A DNA stretch of 64,000 nt from Hyphochytrium catenoides (Eukaryota; Protista; Hyphochytriomycota), in the NCBI GenBank assembly GCA_900088475.1, contig FLMG01002858.1:1-64000 (forward strand). The letters run 5' to 3'. How positions within the stretch are numbered: position 1 is the stretch's first letter; each line of letters opens with the position of its first letter. The translations under genes and the position numbers were made by a program. Positions 11,101-41,925 of the stretch are shown in pieces. The notes beneath the pieces were generated by a model, which was not told the DNA's origin, did not search any database, and saw only the letters and a program-made list of their open reading frames with translations.

Positions 11101-13840
11101 CCTCTGTAGTAACACCGAGATACTCTTCAAGCGGAGGAGTTCCGCCGAGTTGGAGTCGATATTTTTTATAGCCTGCCACAAGCGACCCAGGTGAGAGAGA
11201 GGTAGACTGTCGCGGGTGAGGTATCGAAGGGAATGGAGAGCAAAGAGCCTTCTCTCCAAGAAAAGAATAAGTTCAGAGAGGGACGGAGGCAAGACTCAGG
11301 AGGCGGGAGGAAAGATCGCATGACATGAAATGAAAGGGGAATGCTCTGACCTTGTTCTGAATGTTTTTGGCTCTGTTCGCATATCGCAAGGTATTGATTG
11401 TCTCGTTCAAATTGTCCTCCGCAGGAGACACGCAGGCACTTGCAGTCAAGGGATAGAGTAAAGGGGACCGAGGCAAGGAGGTAGATGTAAGTGGAGGAAG
11501 AACCATTTCCAGGGATAGAGTTGTTTGACCATATGCCACGATACGTGAAATAAAGCTTCAGAAGTATGCAGATGCCGGGAAGATGCCCTAGCATGAGCGT
11601 GAGCAACTTGACCAACAAAGGAAAAAGCATATAGAGTCCATCCAGCAAACTATTAGCGCAACTGAAAGGCAAGCTTGCCGTAGTGGTACTTACATAAATA
11701 GGGTCCGACTGTTCCCTCCCAATGCGTCTTGCAGAAGCCTGGTCAGCTTGGAGCTGCGATAGGGGATGTGGGCTTTCTCTCCACTCTTCTGTTTGGCCTC
11801 GGCTAGAGCGTTGATCACATTTCCTAGGGCAAGGAGTCCGACTACACAGACAGCAACTTGTTTAGGTCTCCGCTAAACGATTTGAGTAGGTGATCCTCCT
11901 CTTATCTTATCCTTATTCGTCACTCTTGATTCTGCACCTATCTCTCTAAACATCTCATCAGCGTACCGTTGATGTTAATGCCTTCTTTCATTCTAGACCC
12001 TTCCGCCCCAGTCCGTTTGATACTAGAGATTAACAAACACCGAGGGGCAACGGATGGTAAGACTCCTAAAGCTGGTACCAATACTGTGTGCTCGAAAAGA
12101 ACTTCGAGTACGGGACAGAGGGAGCCAAGGAAAAGAAATAGATATTGTCGATGATCACAAGGCAAACAATATTAGCGATAACGAAGGGCCCTCGAGGGGT
12201 CATCAATAGGAGAGCAGGCCGAGAGTCAGTCCCTGCTAACCGTTCGCTTCCTGCCAAGTCTACAAAGGTGAGTTTTGAGACGACGGTAGACTCCACAACG
12301 TCGCCATTTGAATTTTCAGGGGACGCCTCACTTTTCTCCTGAATCTATTCAGTGATCCACATTAGAAGCGATAACGCCTAGGGGTAGTTTAGCAGCACAA
12401 GATCACTCTAGTCTATACCTTTTGGGTCAGCATCACTGTGAAGACAGCGTGTGACCGACTGGACTCAGCGTTCATCAAAGTTGCCCCAGTGGTTCTTTGC
12501 AGGGAGCCCTAGTGCCAGAGAGATATAAGAACCCATACACGAAGGAACGCGAAATGGGGAAGTGTTTCTTTATGGCACAAAGCTACGAGACAGAATGGCG
12601 CCCCACCAGAATCAACTCAGCCAGAGGGCAAGATAAACGATCAAAAGCGCACCAGATGCAGTATCCTCGGCCTTACCGATCTAATGCACTCGATGGCTTC
12701 AGCTTTATTGGTGACAGGGACCTGTCGTAGTCCTTCCACCCAGACACCACCGTGGTCTTCCCGAATACGAAGTGATTCACTGCCCAAGGGATTGTGAGTC
12801 ATTCTTCAAAGGTACACCAAGTTCCCCATTATCTCGCTCGTTGCCTACTGTGCACCGGACCAAACTTTTTGCCCGAACCCTTCATACCCCTTACGTCGAG
12901 GTCTAGCGCGGCTATACTGCGCGACCTCATCTATGGAACACACCTGTCATACTGATCGTTACCAGGTAGCAGGTCCCTGATCTCCTCTCCATATATTTCC
13001 AAAAATGAGGCCGTCACCGTGGCTTCGTATCCGTCCTTCCTGGCCGCAATCTCGCCGAACAGCTCCTCAATAAAGCGAGGTATAATACCTTGATTGCTGT
13101 TCTCGGCCTGAGTGCTAGTGACACCAGAATCCATACTTCCGATGGTGTAAGTCTTGCCAGACCCAGTCTGCCCATAGACTATACGGCCATAGATCGAAGG
13201 ACGTAGTTGGAACCAATAGCCGGCATGTCATGTGAGCGGACGGGAAAGTTCGAGGAATACAGAGAATGACGAGGTATGGCAAGAGCTATAAAGGGTAGGC
13301 TGGCTTCTACAGGGTCCGAAGACAATGCAACAGAAGAGAGAGGAAAATGCCCGAGAAGAAGGATGCGGAGACATGCAAGAGCAGAGAGCGCGGGGAACAT
13401 TTGAGCAGGGATGGGAAGAGGTCGTTCCCCACGAAGGAACGAGGTGGAAGAAGTTGACGACTGTATTACCCAGAATTGTAACGTTGTAGCCATCGAAGAA
13501 AGGCTTGATTAGAGGAACTAAGGCAGCCTTGTAAAGTTCTGCAGAGGATAACATTGTCAGCATCGTGGAAGCGCTTCCTCTTCATGATGTCATCCAGATC
13601 GCACCTGTTTGAGAAGCCTGACTTGGCCACACATAGTCAAACCTAGCAAGCGTATCTATTAGGGTTGTCACAATTATAACCTGACTTCAGGTTGAAGACG
13701 TACGTGAAGCGCTTATCCTGTCCCACCAGAATCTGCTGGGCCGCAGGGTGCTGGATGCAGTCAGAGGTATGTCGAGCATGCTCATGGCCCAGTAGGGGTC
13801 GGACCCTCACCCCCACACGAATCCGGTTGGCCTCTTCCAT
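2163..13840 (-). CDS. Kinesin-4 family motor fused to a C-terminal MAP65/Ase1/PRC1 microtubule-crosslinker module (~38 exons, ~1,800 aa by hand count)
   Basis: Motor motifs are intact: RVGVRVRP, P-loop [21 protein letters not shown], switch I NAESSRSH, switch [45 protein letters not shown]. The stalk is kinesin-4-like ([12 protein letters not shown]...[18 protein letters not shown]). From 6267 down there is a MAP65-type N-terminus (RSLWDELGI) and the MAP65/PRC1 conserved motif [54 protein letters not shown]. The junctions I traced are GT-AG and phase-compatible. The last exon is 2265-2163; an alternative stop at 2605 applies if the last intron is retained. Confidence 0.85.
2605..6267 (-). other. 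MAP65/Ase1/PRC1-like module of the fusion gene
   Basis: Contains the LWDELG N-terminal helix, a helical rod and the C-terminal conserved microtubule-binding motif (about 3000-3490). This aligns by eye to the human PRC1 segment as I recall it, FERKASDPNRF...LLKEEKQR...LPKL...IELWEQEHSKAF. Confidence 0.85.
11352..13840 (-). other. Kinesin motor domain (exons 1-10 of the fusion gene)
   Basis: P-loop near 13150-13175, SSRSH near 12450, DLAGSE near 12245-12260, LRYA near 11380. Confidence 0.97.
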
Positions 13841-14321
13841 CTTATTTTCTCTATGAGGGAGAGAAGGAAGTACCGCGAGATCGGCAAGATGACGTTTAGC
13901 ATGCGAACTTTTGCGTCGCCTCCAGCATCTTTTACAATGCTATGCCTCACTCCTCGACAGAGTCAGCACCCGACAGCAGAGATGGTCCCAGCTAGTAGCC
14001 GTCCCGCTGCACGTAGGTCTCCGTGGCAAGTGGCCGCCACTCTCAGGCACGTATCATAGCGTGGAAGAGATTGCTCCTGCAGTTAGATTCACTACGCTGC
14101 CGCCTTCTGATCCGAAGAGCCAGCCTTATTGATGCCGTTTCTCCGTCTCAATGTCTCAATGCGTTGCGAAGAGACTGACAGCAGAGGTCAAGCACCATCA
14201 TCTCATAAAAACTTGGCGCGAAAAATGGGACTACCCTCACCGTTGCTTGAGGACCGCTAACGTCAATATATATTTCCGAAGCTTACCAAGGTTTCATGAA
14301 GTTTTGGTCGGTGGACAAAGG

Positions 14322-14557
14322 GTACAAGTACAAGTACAAGCACAAGTACGATAGCAGGTACAAGTACAATTACCCAAGTACCGATATCTCAAGGCTTGAT
14401 GTCTTCCATTGTCTTTGTTGAACAAGGGCTACAGAAATGTGCTTCAACTGCGTATGGGTCTACCAGGAATTATGGGCTTTCTTGTCAGTACTTGTACTTA
14501 GTACCTGAGAATAGTCCAGTTCTTGTTGCTGCTTATTACTGGGGATTGTACTTGTAC
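14322..14557. repeat. GTAC(AA)-rich imperfect inverted repeat / fold-back element
   Basis: There are 12 GTAC sites in 236 bp. The left arm is (TACAAG)n and the right arm (CTTGTA)n. A perfect 13-bp inverted repeat GTACAAGTACAAT lies at 14358-14370 / 14545-14557. Confidence 0.75.
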
Positions 14558-15080
14558 GTTCCTGAACTCGTCTCGTCTTTATTTACTCCCTCAGATTCTG
14601 AGTGGAGACTATCTAACGCAGTCTCTGTCTTGAGCGCTTTTTAGCCTATGGGTGACTGTCTGCGTGTCTCCCTCTTCCTCTCACTCGCACGCTATGTTCT
14701 GCTGAGAAGTGATCCGGAGTTGAGCTTCTTGGTTCTGATACCTGTTGTCGCCTGATCAGCGTCTGGCCGAGGGCCTGTTAGAGCTTACCTTGATGCACAC
14801 TCTATATTCTTCCTGTCTTCGTGAAGCTTGAGAAGCCTCTGCTCATTGGGTTCTACCATTGTCGTTGATTTAGTGCTCTTACGGCTTTTAATTTATTGGC
14901 GGTGCGGTGGTGGATAAGGACGAGGGGTGCGTAGATTTCAAGGGGCGGAGCTACGACCAATCTGGCATGACCCACTGGGACTTAGCGCCATCATCCTAGC
15001 CGCAGCCAGCTGTCCTTCACACTTGGACAATATTCTATTGGATTGCTTGCTTACTGCAAGTGATAGAGACTTTAGATAAA

Positions 15081-15857
15081 ATGAACTACGGCGATCCGAG
15101 TAACTTCTTTGTGGATCCCAGTACGAGCACGATGCTGGCGCTACTGCAGCAGCAGCAACAGGCGGCCAGATCGCCCATGATGGGTAATGGCCAGATGCTC
15201 CATCCTCAATTTTCTGGGGTAAGTGTAGCCGAAGCATGCACCGCGAATTAAATTCCTCTCACGCAGCCTTTACACAACTCAGCTCAACCTTCAAGGACTG
15301 GATCCACAGCAACAACAGCAACTAGGAATGACTGCTTTTATGATGGCTGCGGGAGGTCCTGGTTTAGACGGCAGTTATAACGTCGAATACGATAGCAAAC
15401 CTCACCCAAAGTCGAGTCGCGGAAACTATCGCTGTAGTAAGTGCGGCGAACCGAAGAAGGGCCATAAATGTGTGTTTCAGAGTTCAGCGCGAAAGGCAAA
15501 CGAACCTGCACCAAGCACCCGCACTGCTGCCATTCAGGTTGGTTCCGGGAAAATGCAGAACATTTAGAGCCAAGGAGGAGCGGGAGCAAGAAATTGAAGA
15601 GGGATTTGTGTTGTTGAGGCCGGGCATAAAGAGAGCCAGAGCATCCGAGCATCGAGGGACGTTCGTTGTTCATTTATCCGATGCTCAAATCTAACGAAAA
15701 GGAGAACAAGAGAGAGTAAGAGGGTCAACACAGGCATAGACGTGGGATATTGGCTGAGTGCTGACTCTGATCCGTCTATCAGGTGGAGCTTGATGAAGAG
15801 ATGACTGTTCGGACCCTTGTTTTATCCAAGCAGGGCTACCATGACCTCATGTACTAG
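15081..15857 (+). CDS. Small Gln-rich protein with a C-x2-C-x6-H-x-C zinc knuckle (putative nucleic-acid-binding regulator), 3 exons
   Basis: Phase-0 GT-AG joins give MNYGDPSNFF...HPQFSG | LNLQGLDPQQQQQLGMTAF...RGNYRCSKCGEPKKGHKC...TAAIQ | VELDEEMTVRTLVLSKQGYHDLMY*. Confidence 0.8.
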
Positions 15858-16571
15858 TTCAAAGAAGCCAAGAGACTGGCAGAAAAAGTCTCGCCGAACA
15901 AAATCCCGACGCCCCTCACCTAAAGTCTCTCACATATGCATACGAAGGAGGATACTATTTATTTTCAAGACCACTTCCACTTCGCGCACACGGCAATCCC
16001 CAGCAGAAGAATGTGGTCCTCAGAATATTGGGGCGAAAGCGCAGCATGAGCAGTCGACAGCCACGGATTTATGTTATGCTCAAGCGATTTTGGAAGTGGT
16101 GCAGCTGTATCCTAAGTCTTACATTCTTAACCTAATGGACCAAGCTCCCAGATACCGTGCTATCTTAAAGTGCCACGGCTAGGATATCCATTCCTTTCCG
16201 CCACCATGGCCTAGGGCAGTTTCCCTAGCTTTTCTGATGGTGATACAATGCATCCTCTTCCTCATGACTCATTTGACAGCTCGGCCCTCTTATTCTTGTG
16301 ATCCCTTCTCAGTCTACCAAGCTTTCGTTACGTCCACTGCCCCCTTTTCCCAGACGCAGGGGTTAAGCTACTATCGAGTGGCCTTACCACCCCTCGTGAC
16401 CGGCTAACATCGCATCCCGTTCTCGCAGCTTATGTCTGTGTTTCCTAGTCTACTATTCAATGCACGCTTCAAAATAGGATGGCACAGAGGGCCAATGGTC
16501 TAAAAGGGACCTAGTACTTATTGTTGACAACGAAGTCCAAGCTTAAGTTGATGAGCCAAATGGATCACACA

Positions 16572-19317
16572 TTACGGGGTGTGTCGTCCTTGTTCGAATG
16601 TTCCATAACCTCCTCTTCTGATACCTTCCTCATGAGGATCATGATATTCAGTCAGATAACTCTCCTTGACCTAGAATGCCAAAGAAAAGGAGGTACTTAG
16701 TAATGCGTCTAATATGATGGCCGGGAAAAGGACAAGAGACATAAGAGCGACATTCCAAGGTCCAATGGGGCGTCGACAAGGGTTGTTGTGACGAAGAAGG
16801 AAAAGTAAGACGACCACCCCTCTTTAGACTTGTCACAATATTAAAGGCAGAGATGTCATATACTGAAAGACAGTGCAGAAGGAGAACCTTCTTCTGCTGT
16901 CGCAAAGGAGTTCTGCTGAGCACTTCCTGGGCCTTGAGCGCGTTCCTGTTGATCAAAGGACTGCGCGTCATGCTAGTCGAGGCTTGATCCAATGGCGTAC
17001 GGATAACGCCCTAGATAATGGGGGAAGTAATGGGTAAGGGTAAAAATGAAGAAGACGTTAACATCCATGTCCGCAGGGGTTCCTCGAGTAACTTTTATTA
17101 TAATCTACCTTCTCTTCTTCCAATAGACCATAGTCAAAGTATGGCAAAAGTACACTGCCGTTGTACACTGCGGTGCCATACAGCAGAACCACCATACCTA
17201 CGCAGATAGTTGAATCAACGTCAAGGTATTGATAGTTGGAATGAACGGAAGAAAGTATAGGACGAAGTCTTCTGCGTATCCTACCTGCCATTTGTAGCCA
17301 GCTCCAAACCGTCCAGGGCTCGCCAAAGGAACCAGCGGTAAAAAAGTAGAAGAGGGCGAGATCAAAACCCCATACTGAGATAGGTCTGAAGTTGTCCAGA
17401 ATAGCGTGCCAGACACTGTCCAGCAGGTAAGTAGTCAGCACGGCAAAAATGTTAAAGCCCAAGATGACCAGGACGTAGATGGCAAAGATGCCTTGGATCT
17501 GCGAGCTGTGCAAGAGAAACGGCGTTAGAGAAGAATTCAACTACCTAAGAAAATGACGGACACGATTCGATTCACAGCACTCAGCAATCCAACGTAGCGA
17601 TAGCGGCTAAGTATGAGTATATAGAGGGTTGTGGAGAGTCTCTGTGAGGAGATTCCTTTAGTAAGGACGTAATACACCAAGGTCCCTGTCCAAACGAGTG
17701 GAACGAAGGAGCTCTTTCTATTTGAGCGGCGACAGGGGAAAGAGACGAAAAACAGGGGGAGTACGAGGTTGGAGGTTTACCTATTACGAAGTTGCGCCCA
17801 GCCCTCGTCAAAGCGTTCCATTGACCCATGATCACTGCCGGGGAGCATGTATGCCGTCGGGAAAACCACAAACGTTGTCAGAACGAGACCCCAGAAGCCC
17901 TCCATTCCAACAACCTGCCAATATTTTCATCAGAACGCGTTATAAGATTCTTAACACGCCACTATAAGACGAAACCAACGAGAAAAGAGAGCACTCTGAG
18001 GGTATCTAATACTATTTAGACAGAAGCCATAGGAAATGCATTTTATCAAATAGAGAGAACGTAGCCTAGCAATCGTAGTAATGGCTCCTCGTATTTGGTG
18101 TCTTACCACTAGCGGAGGCGCCCCACCGCCATCCGTCATCACGAACTCTTCGAACACGTATTGTCCAGACTGGACCAGGCAACTGAGAACAACGAAGGTA
18201 ATCCCAAGCCTAGTGGCAGCAATGGTGTTCAGCAGACATTACTGCGACTCTGCCAGGTTTGGGCTAACTTACAGGGGATTGCCGCTCGCGTTTGCCTCGG
18301 CCCCGGTATGAATCGAGTTATCGAGAAAACTAGTGAGTCCCACAAGGACAACGGCTGCAGGGAGTGCAGAGTGTTAGAACGTCTGGGAGCACAAGTTGCT
18401 AGCACATTGTGCAACAAGATGTGCTACAGCAGCTTTGATAACGTGATCTGCTTTCTTTGGGTTCGTTCATACGTCAGCGTTTATCTCAATGTTCTCGCTC
18501 TCTCTAGCATTTCCTTCCCACAAATCGTCCCCAGCTAGCAATAGCCTTTCCTTGACAAAGAACTGACCGACTGTATTCAGGAAGATGCCAAACCACATGT
18601 AAGGTCGGAGTTTATGCTTCAGCACTAGGACCTTCAACAGGGCGACGAAGATAATGACTGTGCACTTCATCAGCTATAAAGGCATCCAGATATCTGGTGA
18701 GTATGCAAACGAAAAAACGTCGAAGACTTCAAGTTTTGTACCTGGAAAGTTGAGACTGCAATATATAGCAGACCCAGGTTCTGCAGAACGGTACCAATCA
18801 GATCAAAAATGGAGGGGAAGATAAGGATCCAGAAGATTTTGGCAGGCGTCTTCGGAGCTAGGTAATGTAGCAGCAAGAGTGAGTTAGGGCCCCGTAGGTG
18901 AATGCGCGACCAGAGCAATGCAAAGACGTACCTGGCGTTGCCTTCCCACGGTGAACATACCACTGGTAGGCGTAGTGAATGGGCAGGGCAAAGACCATGG
19001 CCACAAACATGCCCCAGGTTTGCAGGATGGGCTTCTCAAACGGCCGAACCACGCCATCGATGCCGGGAGCACGGAGCCCGTACAGCACCTGCAGAGATGT
19101 GACCGCATATAAGCGACTTGCTCTCCTTGTAGGTCACTGGGCGTTACGTTACCTTTCCCGTGCTGATGAAAATCGCGGGTGCATGGTAAAGGGTCAGAGA
19201 GCCAAGTCAGTTCAGGTAGTTTAACTTGGTTAAACATTAGCACACTTACATCGTTGTCCCTGTGCCGGTGATTAGTCCCAGCGAAAAAACTGTAGCTTCA
19301 ATCAGCCCGCAACCCAT
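16572..19317 (-). CDS. SLC35F6/CRT-like drug-metabolite (DMT superfamily) membrane transporter, multi-exon
   Basis: MGCGLIEATVFSLGLITGTGTT..., FEKPILQTWGMFVAMVFALP, PSIFDLIGTVLQNLGLLYIAVSTFQLMKCTVIIFVALL, LDSVWHAILDNFRPISVWGFDL, FGEPWTVWSWLQMAGMVVLLYGTAVYNG. Multiple TM segments; the protein ends ...GGYGTFEQGRHTP*. Confidence 0.88.
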
Positions 19318-20095
19318 CTTTTCTCCTGGAAGGTAGATCGCGTTACCTTCAGCAGCCCCCTTTCTTAAACCTCCTTCGACCCAGCCTGTGACTGTGTGTA
19401 CGCTAGCGAGGGAGTCTCCACTCTTGAGCTACAACGCGCCGGGATGCTCTCAGCAATCGCCTTGGCTGAGATTTCAGTGTGGTCGGTCGCAGACGAGCGG
19501 CAAGAGCTGTCACAAGGACCACCACCCTATCAATATCCTAGCAACCGTATCATCAAGCCAGAGCACATGGTGATGGCAAAAGATCCAATTCTCAAATAGC
19601 CCGATAATAATTCTCAATATCCGAAACCTTGGCCACGAAGAAATCATAAGCTGAAAGGAAATCCTTAGGTAAATGGGAGGAATGGCCCGAGGTTAACTAG
19701 GTGGATGTGGAAGTAATCGAAATTACGTGAAAATTAAATTCGGACCTACCTCCTAATGAGTTCTTGCTTGTCTTCATCACGTTGACATCCTACGAGCTTT
19801 GAAAGACTGGCCCTCTCACCTTGAGATTGAGGTTCTGGGCATCCTGCTGTTGAGACACAAGCTTGACATCAGTAGTGGTGGCGATCTACTGGTGCTGTCT
19901 TGTTAACAAGGGGACTACCGGGTCTCTCAGTGCTCTTGAATTGCAGATGCAGCTTCTCACGAAGAGACTGGTACAGTATGAGGTATCGGCGACAGGAAAC
20001 ATTAGGCTTGCTCTCGGCGAGTCAGATCCCATCGAGCCGTGGCAGAGAGTAGGACCCTATGTTGGCCTCAGACTATCTAAAGGAAATTGGGGATA

Positions 20096-39709
<19,614 letters not shown>

Positions 39710-40059
39710 AAAGTAACCATCTACTAGTAATGACGGCCCTGGAAGTAAGGGCAGCTGAGCGTCATATGCAAAATATACCCTTCTCTTCTAGCTTCCCTTC
39801 CCTCTTTGAGAAAGCCTACGCCCTTCCTTACCACAAGGCACTTTCTAGCTCTCTAGGACTTGCAGTCATAAACTCACTGGTTCTTAGACATTACTGCGCA
39901 TAGCTAATTTTGATAGGCTCCTACCGTTAGCACTCAAAGGTGAGTGCACGCTGAGAGCAGGTGCGCTGATGGACGATTAACATAAGAAAAATGTGAAGCC
40001 TCCCTTGTTTCTTGGAGAATGCAATATCTTCATCCTGTCTGCACCGCCGATAGCCGCCT

Positions 40060-40608
40060 TTAAAGAATCTTCACTGGAACTCTGATCTCCGTTCTAAGCT
40101 CCTCCTCTGGAGTTTTATCATAGTCGTTCAGATATACCTCGTAACAGACACCAAGATCCCAGTCTTTCTGTAGCTTCTTCTCCTGCTCCTGCTTCTTCAC
40201 CCATTCCATAGCTTTGCCCCATGCTTCAGGAAGCTGGCTGTATGAGCCATTGAGAGAGAACACCGCCCAGGTCCCCGCTTTGGCCTGAATTAATCGGAGA
40301 ACTCTCTCGTCTTTTCCTCCCTGGGCGATCTCCAGAGGGTTCTCTGCAGAACCCAGAGCTTCTTTGACCTTTCCTATGTCAGCGTCACTCTTTAGGATAG
40401 CGGAAGGTTGAGAGAAGAGGCGCTCAGCAGGCGGGAGGACAGGGATAAATGTCGCCCAAGGCCCTACGAGCGCGTCGTGAAGGCCGCATTTCTGTACAAA
40501 GGCGTTGACTTTCTTCATGCCCACATTGCAGGCGGTACCCCAGTCATTATTGACCAGTTCCAAGTGTGCGCCAATGGCGTAGACATCAGGAAGATTCTTT
40601 ACCTCCAT
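40060..40608 (-). CDS. Stand-alone GyrI-like (AraC effector-binding/SbmC fold) small-molecule-binding protein, copy A, intronless, 182 aa
   Basis: MEVKNLP...; AGTWAVFSLNGSYSQLPEAW; CYEVYLNDYDKTPEEELRTEIRVPV matches the GyrI-like C-terminal signature. Confidence 0.88.
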   Translation of the reverse strand: MEVKNLPDVYAIGAHLELVNNDWGTACNVGMKKVNAFVQKCGLHDALVGPWATFIPVLPPAERLFSQPSAILKSDADIGKVKEALGSAENPLEIAQGGKDERVLRLIQAKAGTWAVFSLNGSYSQLPEAWGKAMEWVKKQEQEKKLQKDWDLGVCYEVYLNDYDKTPEEELRTEIRVPVKIL

Positions 40609-40985
40609 GGCGCGGTGTCAAGAACAGGAGAGGAAAAAAGTGCTTCAGGCTAGAGGAAAGACGCGCTGGTCCTGTTGCTCAGAGGGACGGTAGGTCTGCA
40701 CAAGGTCACTTTTGGCTTAGCTGGGAAATTGATGTTTGGGAAAAGAGTCAGAAGTATTCAAGCGCGATGGCTCAACATGAGGATGCTGTGCGGAAGTAAG
40801 AAAGGAAAGAGATCTAGACAAGGAGAGAGCATGTGAGATGGCAAGAAGTAGAGTAGAGTGCCCTGCTAAACTAAGCATGAAGAGAAGTGAGTGGGAAAAG
40901 TTCACTAGGAGGAAGAGAGAGCGATAAAGGCAAAAGAGAGAGCTGGAGCAACGAAGCGGCAGGAGAGAAGACAGGGGAGAAAGGG

Positions 40986-41030
40986 GGAGAGAGAGAGAGA
41001 GAGAGGGAGAGGGAAGAGAGAGAGACAGAG

Positions 41031-41085
<55 letters not shown>

Positions 41086-41106
41086 TGAGAGTGCGTGTGA
41101 GAGAGG
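40986..41106. repeat. (AG)n microsatellite between the two GyrI-like genes
   Basis: Direct sequence. Confidence 0.95.
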
Positions 41107-41925
41107 GGAAAACCGAGAGACAGGCCACACCTATACAAACATTCATCATTTCAGCAGTTTCGCGCGCAATCGGTGTGCTGTTATTCTAGATAAGTAACAA
41201 AGATCGTGTTGTATTGATGATAATGGTTAGTTATCTTCTAAAGGGATGCCAATGATCAGAATCTTTCTGTTTCCCGCCTATTCTGCTCTTCCTGAGTGAT
41301 GGTCTACCAGCCTGCTGATCGCCTTCCTTTTTCTCCTGCTCAGCAGTAAGAAGTCGACATGAGCTTCGACATGCCTTCTTCCACACGCAAGCCTTGCATC
41401 CACAACCAAGAGTTTGATGCTGAGTGAGGAGGAAGAGTGTGCTTGCTGCTGTTACGAGAGTATAGCCCACTATTGAGGTTAGTTGATGATGCCGAGCTGA
41501 GTGAGGACGAGGAGGGCGTGCAGTTAGTTCTACTACAGGTAAAGTGCACCGTGAAATATGCTCACCTATGATGCCACATACTAAGGGGCCGTTTATGACG
41601 TCAAAGGCAAAGTGGTGGTATCAAGCACGGGAGTAAGAAGGGGCAGCATCGTCATCTTGTCTGTTGGGAATGTTAGTACAGCGTCTGAGAGAGCGACGCA
41701 GTAAGGGACGAGGACTATAGTTGTCAACCCTCTTCTACTACTACTGGCTAACAAAGCTTTCACCTCTGCGCATCTTAGGAACCTTGTACCAGTGAAAATT
41801 TTTCGGTGCATTACGCCTAGGTTATCCACTAACTGTAGTGAAGTGTTGTTCATTACCCACTCAATGCTAGCCCAACAACAGGCTTGTATGGTGTCAGCTC
41901 TACTTGGCGGCTGCGTCCGATCATT

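Noticed and set aside
40717-41189. ORFs rich in RERE/SLSL (also at 1137-1617, 45019-45558, 51922-52580)
   Set aside because: These are translations of (AG)n/(TC)n microsatellites
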